A stretch of 64,000 nt of DNA from Mobula hypostoma. Taxonomy: Eukaryota. This document shows, in pieces, positions 25,130-37,900 of this stretch. Location of the stretch: NCBI RefSeq assembly GCF_963921235.1, contig NC_086097.1, forward strand, positions 18,354,001-18,418,000, read 5' to 3'. The translations under genes and the position numbers were made by a program. The notes beneath the pieces are model-generated. The model was not told where the DNA came from. It worked only from the letters and a program-made list of their open reading frames with translations, and did no database searches. Every line of letters begins with the position of its first letter. Within the stretch, counting starts at the first letter, position 1.

Positions 25130-27870
25130 TGACCAGGCTCCTTTCCATCATTAGCAATCTGCTCTCAAAGAAGCTATGAAATTGAAGTGCTCACCAGTCA
25201 TTTGTCCTGGTTTTGTCAGTACCACTCAGTTACAGAACTCATCACACCTTTGTTCCAAACACAGATTAAAAAACTGAGGTAAAAGTTCCTCCCCTGGACA
25301 TCTTGGAGATTTGTTCCAAACACTTATTAAAAAAACTGAGGTAAAAGTGCCTCCCCTGGACATCTTGGAGATTTGTTCTAAACACAGATTAAAAAACTGA
25401 GGTAAAAGTTCCTCACCTGGACATCTTGGAGATTTGTTCCAAACACTTATTAAAAAAACTGAGGTAAAAGTTCCTCCCCTGGACATCTTGGAGATTTGTT
25501 CCAAACACTTATTAAAAAAACTGAGGTAAAAGTGCCTCCCCTGGACATCTTGGAGATTTGTTCCAAACACTTATTAAAAAAACTGAGGTAAAAGTGCCTC
25601 CCCTGGACATCTTGGAGATTTGTTCTAAACACAGATTAAAAAACTGAGGTAAAAGTTCCTCCCCTGGACATCTTGGAGATTTGTTCCAAACACTTATTAA
25701 AAAAACTGAGGTAAAAGTGCCTCCCCTGGACATCTTGGAGATTTGTTCTAAACACAGATTAAAAAACTGAGGTAAAAGTTCCTCCCCTGGACATCTTGGA
25801 GATTTGTTCCAAACACTTATTAAAAAAACTGAGGTAAAAGTGCCTCCCCTGGACATCTTGGAGATTTGTTCCAAACACTTATTAAAAAAACTGAGGTAAA
25901 AGTGCCTCCCCTGGACATCTTGGAGATTTGTTCTAAACACAGATTAAAAAACTGAGGTAAAAGTTCCTCCCCTGGACATCTTGGAGATTTGTTCCAAACA
26001 CTTATTAAAAAAACTGAGGTAAAAGTTCCTCCCTTGGACATCTTGGAGATTTGTTCCAAACACTTATTAAAAAAACTGAGGTAAAAGTGCCTCCCCTGGA
26101 CATCTTGGAGATTTGTTCCAAACACTTATTAAAAAAACTGAGGTAAAAGTGGCCCCCCTGGACATCTTGTCAATTTGCTCCAAACACATCATCAGAGACT
26201 TGGTGAAAGTGAAGTCGTTGGGCATCAGTGGAAAACACCACAGTGACTGGAGTCATACCTTGCTAAAAAGGTTGTGGTTATTGGAGACCAGTTCAAGGAC
26301 CTCACAGAAAATGACAAATTTAAACGGGTAAGGGTTTAAGGTGAGAGGGGCTAGTTTAACAGGGATTTACGTGGCAAGTTTTTTACATAAAGAGCGGTAG
26401 GAGTCTGGAAACCATGTCAGAAGAGGCAGTGAAAGCAGATACAATAGCAAAGTTTAAGAAGTATTTAGAAAGGTATATGAACAGGCAGGGGATGGAGGGA
26501 TAGACACCATGTGTTGGCAGATGTATGGTTTAAATTGGCAACATGCACAACATGCACAGACGTTGTGAGTCGAAGGGCCTCATCAATGTTCTAAGTTTCT
26601 ATCCTGAGCCAACCATATTGATGCAATTACAAAGAAGACACAACAGCAGTTATGTTTCACTAGGAGTTTGAGGAGATTTCATATGTCACCCAAGACTCCA
26701 GCAAATTTCTACAGAGGCGCTGAGGAGAGCATTCTAACTGCTATGGAGAGGTCACTGCACAGGGTCAGAAAAAGTTGCAGAAAGTTTCAAACTCAGCCAG
26801 CTCTAACATGCGCCCTAGCCTCCCCAGCATCAAGGTCAGCTTCAAAAGGTGATGCCTCAGAAAGATGGCATCCATCATTAAGGACCCCCATGACCCTGGA
26901 CATACTGCTTCTCATTGCTACCATCAAGGAAGAGGTACAGGAGCCGGAAGACCCATATTCAATGTTTTAGGAACAACTTATTTTCCTTTGTCATCAAATT
27001 TGATTTTTTCTCTCTCTTTTTGCACTACTTGTTTAATTTAATTTATAGCTTTTAAACATTATTATGTATTGCAGTGTACTGATGCCGCAGAACAACAAAT
27101 TTCAAAACATATGCCAGTGATACTAAACCTGACTCTGGTTCTGTGTAGGACTCCAGTCCAAAGTATCAATGACTTCACTACTTTTAAAAGGTTCACTGAT
27201 GACTGCACAATATTCAGTTTTATTTCTAACGTGCCTGCAGATGAAGCATCCAATGACTGCTTGCTGCGAGGCTGATAAGTGACTGGTGATATCATTGCCA
27301 CACAAGTGCTAGGCCCAACAAAGGGCTTTCCAACCCTTTGGCCTTTGGCATTTATTGGCATTACCATCATCATGTAAATACTGAAGCTGAGTACCCTGTG
27401 GCAGTTGTCCCAACTTCTGACACACTTACCATCAGTGACAAGGCATAAGGCAGAAGTTCCACTTACTGGATGAAAACACCTCCGACAAGAAACTTGACAT
27501 TATGCAATACAAAGCAGACCACCCCACTGGTACCGCATTCATTCTCTCCAGAAACTGGAGCTGCAGTGTTCAGCATCTACAAAAAGCATTGCAATTGCTC
27601 ACTTAAGCTTTTCCAGCAATGACTCCCAAATCACCGCCTCCACTATTATGAAGGACAAAATCAGAGAGTGGCTGGGAAGACAGTCAGCTGCAGATTGCCT
27701 TTCCTTGGAACCACTCAGATTCAGAAATATATCTTTCGGCCTTTATCATTGCTGTGTATGTACACTGTAACCAACAGTACAATTGGAGTACTTTCACCAG
27801 AAGAGCTGTGGTGGTTGAAGCAGTCAGCTCACCATCGCCACCATCCAATTCTAGCTTGGACTCTGGAAAT
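25130..27870 (+). mobile_element. Old CR1/L2-group LINE RT remnant interrupted by a minisatellite and by CR1 and Rex1 pieces
   Basis: FCQYHSVTELITPLFQT before the array; VAPLDI...DLVKVKSLGISGK after it; FTDDCTIFSFI (YADD-like) near 27190. Confidence 0.6.
25250..26187. repeat. Minisatellite: 15 units of 61/62 bp plus a partial unit
   Basis: Unit ttgttc(c/t)aaacac(aga/tta)ttaaaaaa(a)ctgaggtaaaagt(t/g)cctcccctggacatcttggagat, head-to-tail with no spacers. Confidence 0.97.
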
Positions 27871-27874
27871 GTAG

Positions 27875-30355
27875 AATATATGGCAGTACAGGAAAAAGCC
27901 CTTTGGCCCACAGTGTTGTTCCAAACCAATTAAATTGGTAATCAATTGGCCAACTAACCCCTTCTGTCTACACAATGTCCATATCCTTCCATTTTCCTCT
28001 CATTTATGTGCCTACCTGAACATCTCGTAAAATTCTCTAATATTTCTGGCTCTACTACCACATTCCAGGCACTCACCACACTGACATGCCCCTCACATCT
28101 CCTTTGACATGGCGCCCTTTCACCTTAAATGTGTTCCCTCGTTATTAGGCGTTTCAACCTTCAGAAAAAGATACTGCCTGCCTACTCTATCTATGCCTCA
28201 ATCTATATACATTGAGGAGCATGCACCTAACCATGAACCAACCATGGTATCAAACACGGACTTCAGCAGTAATCTTATAAATGAAACTCCATAGCTGCCT
28301 AGTAGGTGGATTTATGGAATTGTACATTAGATAAACGGACTTTTTTGGTTCATACCAACTGTGATGCCTAGCTACAGAAATCCCATTTACCCATGTTCTA
28401 CATTTTTCCCATCTAAATATTTGTCCAAATTTCTTTGAAACATTGTAATTAGATCTGCCTCCTCCACCATCTCTGGCAGCTCAGTCCAAATGCTCACCAG
28501 CCACTGTGTGAAAAACTTAGATCTCAGATCACCTTTCAATTTCTCCCCTCTCACCTTAAATCTACACCCTCTAGTTCAGGACTCCCCTGTCCTGGGAAAC
28601 AGATTTTGACTCTTTATCCTATCTATCCCTTTTATATTTATAAACCTCTACCAGGTCTCTTCTCAGCCTCCTGTATTACAGTGAGAACAAACTCAGCCTA
28701 TCCAAGCTCTTCATATAATCACAGCCCTCCACTGTAGACAACATCCTGGTGAATCTCTTCTGTGCTCTCTCTATTGCTAGCACATCCTTCCTGCAGTGTG
28801 GTGAACAGAACTGTACATAATACTCAATGTGTGGTTTGTCCAGTGTTTCGTATAGCTTCAATGTGATATCCCAACTTTTATACTCGTTCAGCCTAAAAAG
28901 GGAAGCATTTTAAATATATTTTCCACTACCCTATCCACCTGTGCCACTATAGATTATCAGACACGATAGATTTGTAGCCCAATTAGATCTTTTTGTCAAA
29001 GGTAGGAGCGCTATATGCTGGTGGTTTGCTATACCTGTGCTTTGGGCTGAGGGAGTCATCTCGGTGAAGGTAGTGGGTGTGGGGGGGAGTTGTCAGAGTG
29101 AGAAGATCGGGGAAGGTAACTTGAAAATCAAATTAGGCAGCATTTCGGCAATGCACACAGTAAGGGTCTTTGAACCATCACAGCTCCAGAATTTCCTTTT
29201 GGATTGCGTGGTATTACTGCTGTTCATCTGACCCCAAAATAGTTCTGCTTTTCCTAAATTACAAGTGATTAGCTTCTGCTGCCAGGGTAATGAAGTGCTT
29301 TGGGAACTGCTGAAGTCGTGAAAGCCATGTCATGGTCATTTTTCTTTTTCATTTTTTCCCAGCTGTCACCACCTATATTAACCCATTAAAGTGGAAGCTG
29401 TCGACATTAATTACTATCACCAGACACCATTAATTGCTATCACCAGATTTAGGTCTCTTCTAATACACAGACTGACAGAAACTCTCAGATTATTCAGACC
29501 AGGTGGCAGGATGCCATAGTTTTGAATGCCATCCTGAATTCTAAGAAGGATTATTAGAACAATGTAAGATAAGATATGGCCATAAATTATAGGAACAGGA
29601 TTAGGTTACTTAGCCAATCGAGTTTGCTCCACTATCTCATCATGGCTGATTCATTTCCCTCCCAGCCCCATTCTCCTGCCTTCTCCCTGTAAACCTTCAT
29701 ACTCTGACTAATCAAGGATCTATCAACCTCTGCCTTAAATATAGCCAATGACTTCGACTCCAGAGCCACCTGTGGCAATGAATTGCACAGATTCACCAGT
29801 TTCTGGCTAAAAATAAAATTCCTCCTCATCTCTGTTCTAAATGGGCGTTCCTCTACTCTGAGGCTATGAACTCTGGTCCTAGACTCTCCCAACATAGGAA
29901 ACGTCTTTTTCACATACACTCTACTGACGCCTTTCAACTTTCGGTAGGTTTCAATAAGAACACCCCTCATTCATCTGAATTCAATGTATAAAGGGGTCTT
30001 GAAGTGCTCCTGGAGAGAGGCACAAGGTTTGTTTGCTTCCATTGGCCAGGCTACTGAGTATGAAAGTTAGGGAGTCTTGTTGCAGCTCTATAAAACTCTG
30101 TTAGGCCTTATATGGAGTATTATGTGCAGTTCTAATTGCTGTATTACAGAAAGGATGTGGAGGCTTTGGAGAGGGTACAGAAAAGTTCACCAGATTATAG
30201 AGTATTAGTTATAAAGAGAGGCTGGAAAAACTTGGGATTATTTTCTCCGAGGTGTTGGGGAGAGAGAGGAGAGACCTGATAGAAGTGTATAAGATTATGA
30301 GAGGATGGGTCAATAGAGGATTTGTCTCAGGGTGGAAATGTAAAATCTCAGAGGA
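27875..30355. mobile_element. Cluster of decayed CR1 3' fragments (27875-28210-, 28330-28950-, 29575-29985-, 30020-30355+) around an apparently unique island
   Basis: Translations such as KPHIEYYVQFCSPHCRKDV and MRGVLIETYRKLKG. Confidence 0.75.
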
Positions 30356-30949
30356 CCATTATTTGATAAACATTTCTTTACTGGATTATTTAGGTACCTG
30401 CCGGCGAAGGTAATGTTTGGGACATATCGGGTAAAATGCAGTGGCCGTGATTGGGACTTTGACCATAGCTGACTACACAGCCTATCATCCTACTTCCCTA
30501 GATCTTACGTTCGGGGAGGTGGTACAAGAGCCTGAAGACACACTCAATGTCTTAAAAACAGCTTCTCCCTACCCACCATCCAATTTCTAAATGGTCCATA
30601 AACCAACAAACACTACCTCATTATTTGCCTTCTGTAATATTAATTTGTTTTGTAACTCATAGTAATTTCTATGTTTTGCACTGTACTGATGCTGTATTTA
30701 CAGGACAGATTCATGGCACAGACTGGATGGGCCACAAGGCACGTTTCTGTGCTCTAGGATTCTTTAACAATGTATATTAGTGTTAAGAAACCTAATTCTG
30801 AAACTGGGAGACACGACACTGCCAGACCTGGGTGGTTGTGCTGAATCTGTCACTTTGCTTCATCACTAGACACCATGGAGCCCGGCAACGGCACTCAGCC
30901 TTGCGGAAGTTCTTCAGCATTTCGCAAATCCTGTACCAGATTAGACCTA

Positions 30950-31480
30950 AGAATCGGAATCAGGTTTAATATCACCGTCAAACGTCATGAGATTTGTTAA
31001 CTTTGTGGTAGCAGTTCAATGCAATACAAAAAAATGAATTCCAGTAAGTATATATATGCATTTTAAATGGTTAAATTAAAATATGGAGTGTAAAAACAGA
31101 AATTAAAAACAAGTAGTGTGGTAGTGTTCATGGGTTCAATGTCTGTTTAGAAATCGGATGGCCAAGGGGAAGAAGCTGTTCCTGAATTGCTGAGTGTGTG
31201 CCTTCAGGCTTCTGTACCTCCCTTCTGATGGTAATAACAAGAAGAGGGCATGTCTGGGGTCGTGGGGGTCCTTAATGATGGAAGCCGCTTTTTTGAGGCA
31301 CTGTGCCTTGAAGATGTCTTGGATACTATGGAGGCTAGTAGCCATGATGGAGCTGACTAACTTTACAATTCTCTGAAGTTTACTTCAATCCTGTGAAGTA
31401 GTCCCACCCCCAACACCCATTCCAGACAGTGATGCGGCCAGTCAGAATACTCTCCATGGTACATCTGTAGAAGTTTCTGT
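30950..31480 (-). mobile_element. Rex1/Babar LINE 3' fragment
   Basis: ASIIKDPHDPRHALFLLLPSEGRYRSLKAHTQQFRNSFFPLAIRFLN. Confidence 0.85.
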
Positions 31481-34400
31481 GTGCTTCATCTTTTTGCAGC
31501 CAGGTCCTAGGACACCAATCAGGACATCAAGGGGAAGTCATGATGAAAAGTCTCAGCCTGAAATGTTAACTGTTTATTCCTCTCAGTAAACGCTGTCTGA
31601 TCTGCTGAGTTCTTCCAGCACGTTATGTGTGTTGCTCTGTATTTCCTGGTCCAGTCACCATTTGGACCTCATTATTGTACTGAAGATCAGTAAAATCAGC
31701 ATTCTACACATGATATAATAGGCATGGATCTGCAATGACAGCAAGTGATGATTCTGGACAGTGGGTCACGTTGAACATGATCCGGCCATTGGCTTTTGGA
31801 ATTCTTTTGGGATGATTATTAGAAAGTTTACTGTCAGCACTTGGGTGGCTTTCCATTTGCAAGATCAGCTGATGAAGATGACAGGCTCAAAACAGGCTTA
31901 TTATTGCAATGACCTCTAACAAGCAAAATCTTTCAACCTGGAGTATTTTACAAGGTTGTCCCTAATTGCTTTCCAAACATTTTCAGCATGTTGTCCTTTC
32001 TCAACCTGTTGAAAGTAATAAGATCCCACGTCATATCTCCTCAAGTTTTTGATTTTTCCAATAAATAAGTCTTCCAATTCTTGCTTGGCTTTAAGAAACT
32101 CAACAAAGAGCTGTCAACACCTTGACAAATACAGTATGGTTCCACATACTGATTTATGAAAAAAAAACTCCAGGGTTTGTACCATGCTGGGATTTGAGAG
32201 CAGACTGTAGCGCTATGCACTTCCTGAAGCTTTCTTACAATCCCATCTGTCAGGTACATTTCATCTAATACTTCTCATTAGCTTCTAGTTGACTACCTCA
32301 AATTAAAGGTCTCTTGTTTTACTCCTTTGTGTACGTATGTATGGTAATTTTATAGCAAATCATAACTTTAATCACTTCCTCACTTCTGTTCCGAGGGAAA
32401 TAGATGCCGATTATTCATTCCTTCTTGATGAGTCTTTCTCATCAACCTTGTAAATTTCTGTATACCCCCCCCCTCGCCAGTGCCTACGTATCCTTTTTTA
32501 TATAACATGGGAGCCAGAAGTTGAGTGTCAAGTTCATTGTCATATGCACAGTACATGTCTACACAGGTACAATGAGAAACGTGACATGCTGCAGCCTCAT
32601 AGGCGTCTGCAGTTGGAGCATTGTGACATACCAAGCTGGCACCACAATGTGTGGTGACACTTACAGGCTGTCCACGGCACACCCATAGCCATGTTGGTTG
32701 TTAACTAAATGCAAACTACACATTTCATTCTATATTTCGATGCACGTGTAATAAATAAACTTGAATCTGAACTACAGTACTCTGAATGACTTAAATTCAA
32801 TACACATTTAATAAACAGTATTTTTTTCAGTTCTATCCTTTTTAAAATAGCCCTTTGTACTGGGTTTGATTTTATTACAGGTCTATTGATCACTTGTGGC
32901 AACGTTTAGTGATTTATATATTTGTGTTTCTAGATCTCTTTGCTTTTCTACTCCTTCAACAAGTAATAATAAGCTCCTTACATTTCCTCAAGAATGTAAT
33001 TGCTTTTTTTTGTAATAGTGTTGAAATTCATCAGCCAATTATAGGGCCATTCTTCAAGTTATTTCAATAATGCAATATGTTGCATTTCTCTTGGTGCTGA
33101 CTTCCCTTTACAATTGGACTGGATTTATGATGTTAGCACTCTAACAGAACTCCCAAATGTAGCATCACTGAAGGGAGATTATTATCTAAGAAGGCCAATT
33201 CTGTATTGTTAGTGGAGAACGGGACCTTCACTACGCACACAGTGCAAAATGGTAGAATTCGCAAAGTGGGTCCCAGTAACCCACACTATGTAACTTATTA
33301 CAACTCAATCTTACAGTGTCAGCTTGAGGGAAACAGGTAGCATAGACACTAGAGTATGACAGACCAAGAAAATCCAGCCAGACACACAATGAGATTGAAC
33401 AAAATGAAATGATAGTTTCCGTTAAAATCTGAGAAGTGATCAAGGTTATCAAATGTTAAGTTACAGCAATAATGGCTGCAAAATAGAACTATCTTGTGTT
33501 CTCATCTTTTAAAGACAAAAGATGTCTATCTTCAAATCTACCTCATCATAGTCCTTACACTTTATTTTTCTACCTGCACAGCACCCTCTTTCCAAACACA
33601 ATCTATGACCTCAATATAATTCCGCACGGCTTATTTATTTAGAGATACAGGCCGGTCCAGCCCAGCAACCCATGTATTTCACAGCATTTGCCAGTGATAT
33701 TAAACCTGATTCTGATTCAGATTCTATTTAACACTGCCCTAATCACAAGACAATTTACAATGATCAATTAACCTGTATTTGTCAAGGAGGGACTGTACTT
33801 GATTTGTTATTGGGAAATGAACCTAGTCAGGTGTCAGATCTCTCAGTGGGAGAGCATTTTGGAGATAGTGTCAAGGGCAGGTCGTGCTTTACGAGCCCGA
33901 TTGAATTTTTTGAGGATGTGACTAAACACATTGATGAAGGGAGAGCAGTAGATGTAGTGTATATAGATTTCAGCAAGGCATTTGATAAGGTACCCCATGC
34001 AAGACGTATTGAGAAAGTAAGGAGGCATGGGATCCAAGAGGACATTGCTTTGTGGACCCAGAACTGGCTTGCCCACAGAAGGCACAGAGTGGCTGTAGAT
34101 GGGTCATATTCTGCATGTCGGTGACCAGTGGTGTGCCTCAGGGACCTGTTCTGGGACCCTTACTCTTCGTGATTTTTATAAATGACCTGGATGAGGAAGT
34201 GGAGGGATGGGTTTGCTGATGACACAAAGGTTGGAGGTATTGTGCATAGTGTGGAGGGCTGTCAGAGGTTACAGCAGGACATTGATAGGATGCAAAACTG
34301 GGCTGAGAAGTGGCAGGTGGAGTTCCACCCAGATAAGTGTGAGGTGGTTCATTTTGGTCGGTCAAATATGATGGCAGAATATAGTATTAATGGTAAGACT

Positions 34401-34995
34401 CTTGGCAGTGTGGAGGATCGGAGGGATCTTGGGGTCCGAGTCCATAGGACACACAAAGAAGCTGCTCAGGTTGACTCTGTGGTTAAGAAGGCATACTGTG
34501 TATTGGCCTTCATTAATCATGGAATTGAATTTAGGAGCTCAGAGGTAATGTTGCAGCTATGTAGGACCCTGGTCAGACTCCACTTGGAGTAATGTGCTCA
34601 GTTCTGGTCGCCTCACTACAGGAAGGATGTGGAAGCCATAGAAAGGGTGCAGAGGAGGATTACAAGGATGTTGCCTGGATTGAGGAGCATGCCTCATGAA
34701 AACAGGTTGAGTGAACTCGGCCTTTTCTCCTTGGAGTGACGGAAGGTGAGAGGTGACTTGATAGAGGTGTATAAGATGATGAGAGGCATTGATCGTGTGG
34801 ATAGTCAGAGGCTTTTTCCCAGGGCTGAAGTGGTTGCCACAAGAGGACACAGGTTTAAGGTGCTGGGGAGTAGGTACAGAGGAGATGTCAGGGGTAAGCT
34901 TTTTACGCAGGGAGTTGTGAGTGCATGGAATGGGCTGCAGGCAACAATGGTGGAGGCAGATACGATAGGGTCTTTTAAGAGACTTTTAGATAGGT

Positions 34996-37900
34996 CATCA
35001 TCATCATCAGGTGCCATGCCCAGTTTGAGCTTTGACTGCCATGGCCCACACACTCCTGTTTCGGGTCAAGTGGATCAATTCATTGGTATTCATGTCCAAT
35101 TCTCTGGCTGCTGTCTCCATCATCATTTGTCTTTGTCTTCCTCTTGCTTTCTTCCCTTCAATCTTTCCCATAATTACCGTGTATTCTAACTCCTCTTTCC
35201 TAATCACATGTCCAATGAAGTTACGTTGCCTTTTCATGATCTCATACATTATTCCTCTTTCGTCCATGATATTCCTTGTATCCTCTTCAAAAACCACATT
35301 TCTGCTGCTACAATTCTTTTCCTCATGTTACTTGATATTGTCCAACATTCTGAGCCATATAACATAACTGGATAAACATAACATTTCAGTACTCTGAGCC
35401 GGGTTGTCATGCCTAGTTTAGTGTTGGTCAGTATACTCCTCATTCTCGTAAAGGTGTCTTTTGCCATTCCTATTCTTTTTTTAACATCCAAGTCGCACCT
35501 GCCATCTGATGTCACCCAGCTTCCTAAGTAGCAAAAGTTCTTTACATGTTTTATGTCTTCCCCGTTTATTCTCAGCCTGCAGATAGGATTCTCCTTCTTT
35601 TTGGATATCACCATACATTCTGTCTTTTTGCAATTGATAGATAGACCCATTTTTGCACTTTGTTCAACAATTATATTAAGTTTTGTAGTTCTTCCTCCGT
35701 ACTTGCAATTAACACAGTGTCATCTGCATATCTGAAATTATTGATGTTTTCACCACCAACTTTGATTCCCAAGATGTCTCTTATTTTTGTAATATTGTTT
35801 CACTGTACACATTAAATAAATCAGTGGAGAAAACACACCCTTGTCTAACACCCCTCTTGATTTTCGTAAACTGACTCACTTCTCCATCTATTCTTACAGC
35901 GGCAGTTTGTTCCCAGTACAGATTTCTGATTAGGTGGAGGTCTTTCAAATCTAGATCAAGAGTTTTCTGTAATATTTCAATTAACTTATTGTGCTTCACT
36001 TTATCAAATGTTTTTGTGTAGTTGATAAAACAAACAAACAAATCTTTCTGCACTTGAATAGCTTGTTCTGATAGTATCCTTAACATCAATATTGCGTTTC
36101 TTGTGCATTTGTCTTTCACACTGTTCTTTGCCTATTTCAGCTTGTATCTTACTTTTAGCTCTTGTCATCAAAATTGTTAGAAGTATCTCGGTGATATGAC
36201 GCATTAAACTTATGGTCCTATGTAATTCACATTCTATTGCTCCAGGTTTCTTAGGAAGAGTGATAAGTGCTGATTTTTTTCATCTCTTCTGGTATTATTC
36301 CAGTCTGATAAATGTTATTGATTAAATCAGTAAGTTTTTCAAATCCATAATCTTCAAGGACAATAATTTGTTCCATTACTAATTCATCAGGACCTGCTGC
36401 CTTTCCTTTCTTCATCTTATTTATTGCATTACGAAATTCAGATTTTAAAATACTTGGACCTTCAATGTTTTTCTTAATTTCTGGTTTTTCGCCTTGATTG
36501 TCTTCAAACAATTCCTGAATATACTCAGTCATCTGTTCATAATCTCATCTTTTTCCATGATAATGGTACCGTGCTTTGCTTTCAAACATCCACCTGAAGA
36601 ACAGAGGAGCTTTTTAACCGGTGATATTCTTGATTTGTTGATGTAACCTTTTTGGATCAGTAATAGGGATTCTTTCTATTTGCTCACATTCCTGGTTTAA
36701 CCATTATTCTTTGGCTTTTTGACATAAGCTTTTAACTTTTTTATCTAAGGACTTACATTCTATTGGATTTGCTTTCGTCTGTCTCCTTTCTTCCATTAGA
36801 TTTTTGATTTCATCTGTCATCCATTTATTCCTTGTGGTTTTTTCTTTTTTAGGAATCACTGACTTTGCTGATTCTACCAAGGCATCCTTTAGAGAGTTAA
36901 ATTTCATTTCTACATGATTGCTATCATCTTCAACAGATTCTACTTCTAGACTTTGAAATCTATTCCTTACTTCAATTGTAAATTTTTGTCTTACATGTTC
37001 TTCTTTAATTAATTGCAAGTAGTCAAGGGATCGTTCAGGTAGTTGCTTCTTTAGTTTTTTAAGTTTTACTTTTACATGACATACTACTGGGTTATGGTCA
37101 CTATTACAGACTACACCTGGATATGTTTTGCGTTGAGTCACTGAGTTTCTAAATCTTTGGTTTATAGTAATAAAGTCAATTTGATTTCTAGTGTTATCAC
37201 CTGGACTTTTCCAGGTCCACAAGCATCTTGGATGGTTTTTAAAGTAGGTATTCATAATGACCTGATTGTTCATTTTACACCATTCTACCCATTTCTCACC
37301 TCTTTCATTTCTTTCCCCCGTCCAAATTTTCCTATGGTATTTCCATCAGCACCTTGTCCTACTTTAGCATTTGGATCTCCCAAGTCAATAACAATATCTT
37401 GAGATTTGCATCCATTCTTTGCTTGTTCAAGCTCTTCATAGAATTTATCCATATCTTCATTTGTTCCATCTGTTGTGGGTGCATATACCTGTATAATTGC
37501 TAAATCAAAAGGTTGTCCCCTGAATCTAACAAGGAGCATTCTTTCTGATATTGCCCAATGTCCTAAAACACTTTTTGCCATGTTTTCATCCATAAGAATT
37601 CCTACTCCATTAGTATGGAATGTTCCACAAGAATAAACTGGTGTTTTATTTCTAATTTGACATGTTCCAGCACCTATCCAACGAACTTCGCTAATCCCCA
37701 TGATGTTAATCTTTAGTCTTTATATTTTATTTATCACATTGTCCAATCTTCCTGCTTGATATAGGGTTCTTACATTCCAAGTGGAAATAATTTTCTTTTG
37801 TGTTACTTTAATTTTATGAGTAGAGCTTGATGATGGTCGGGGATCCCCTGCTGGCCAGAATCAGCACTACCGAGTGAAACATCTTCAGAGTTGTCTTGAA

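Noticed and set aside
25250..26187. CRISPR-like array, or repeat-encoded proteins (ORFs 25226-26125)
   Set aside because: Units are contiguous with no unique spacers, there are no cas genes, and the context is a vertebrate repeat landscape. The ORFs are frame-shifting by-products of 61/62-bp units.
29338..29450. Polypyrimidine tract plus CAG as a splice acceptor of a host exon
   Set aside because: No recognisable peptide and no good donor site downstream.
30871..30950. CACCATGG Kozak-like start giving MEPGNGTQ, reminiscent of a GPCR N-terminus
   Set aside because: Runs into a Rex1 tail within about 80 bp, with no transmembrane sequence or convincing splice donor.
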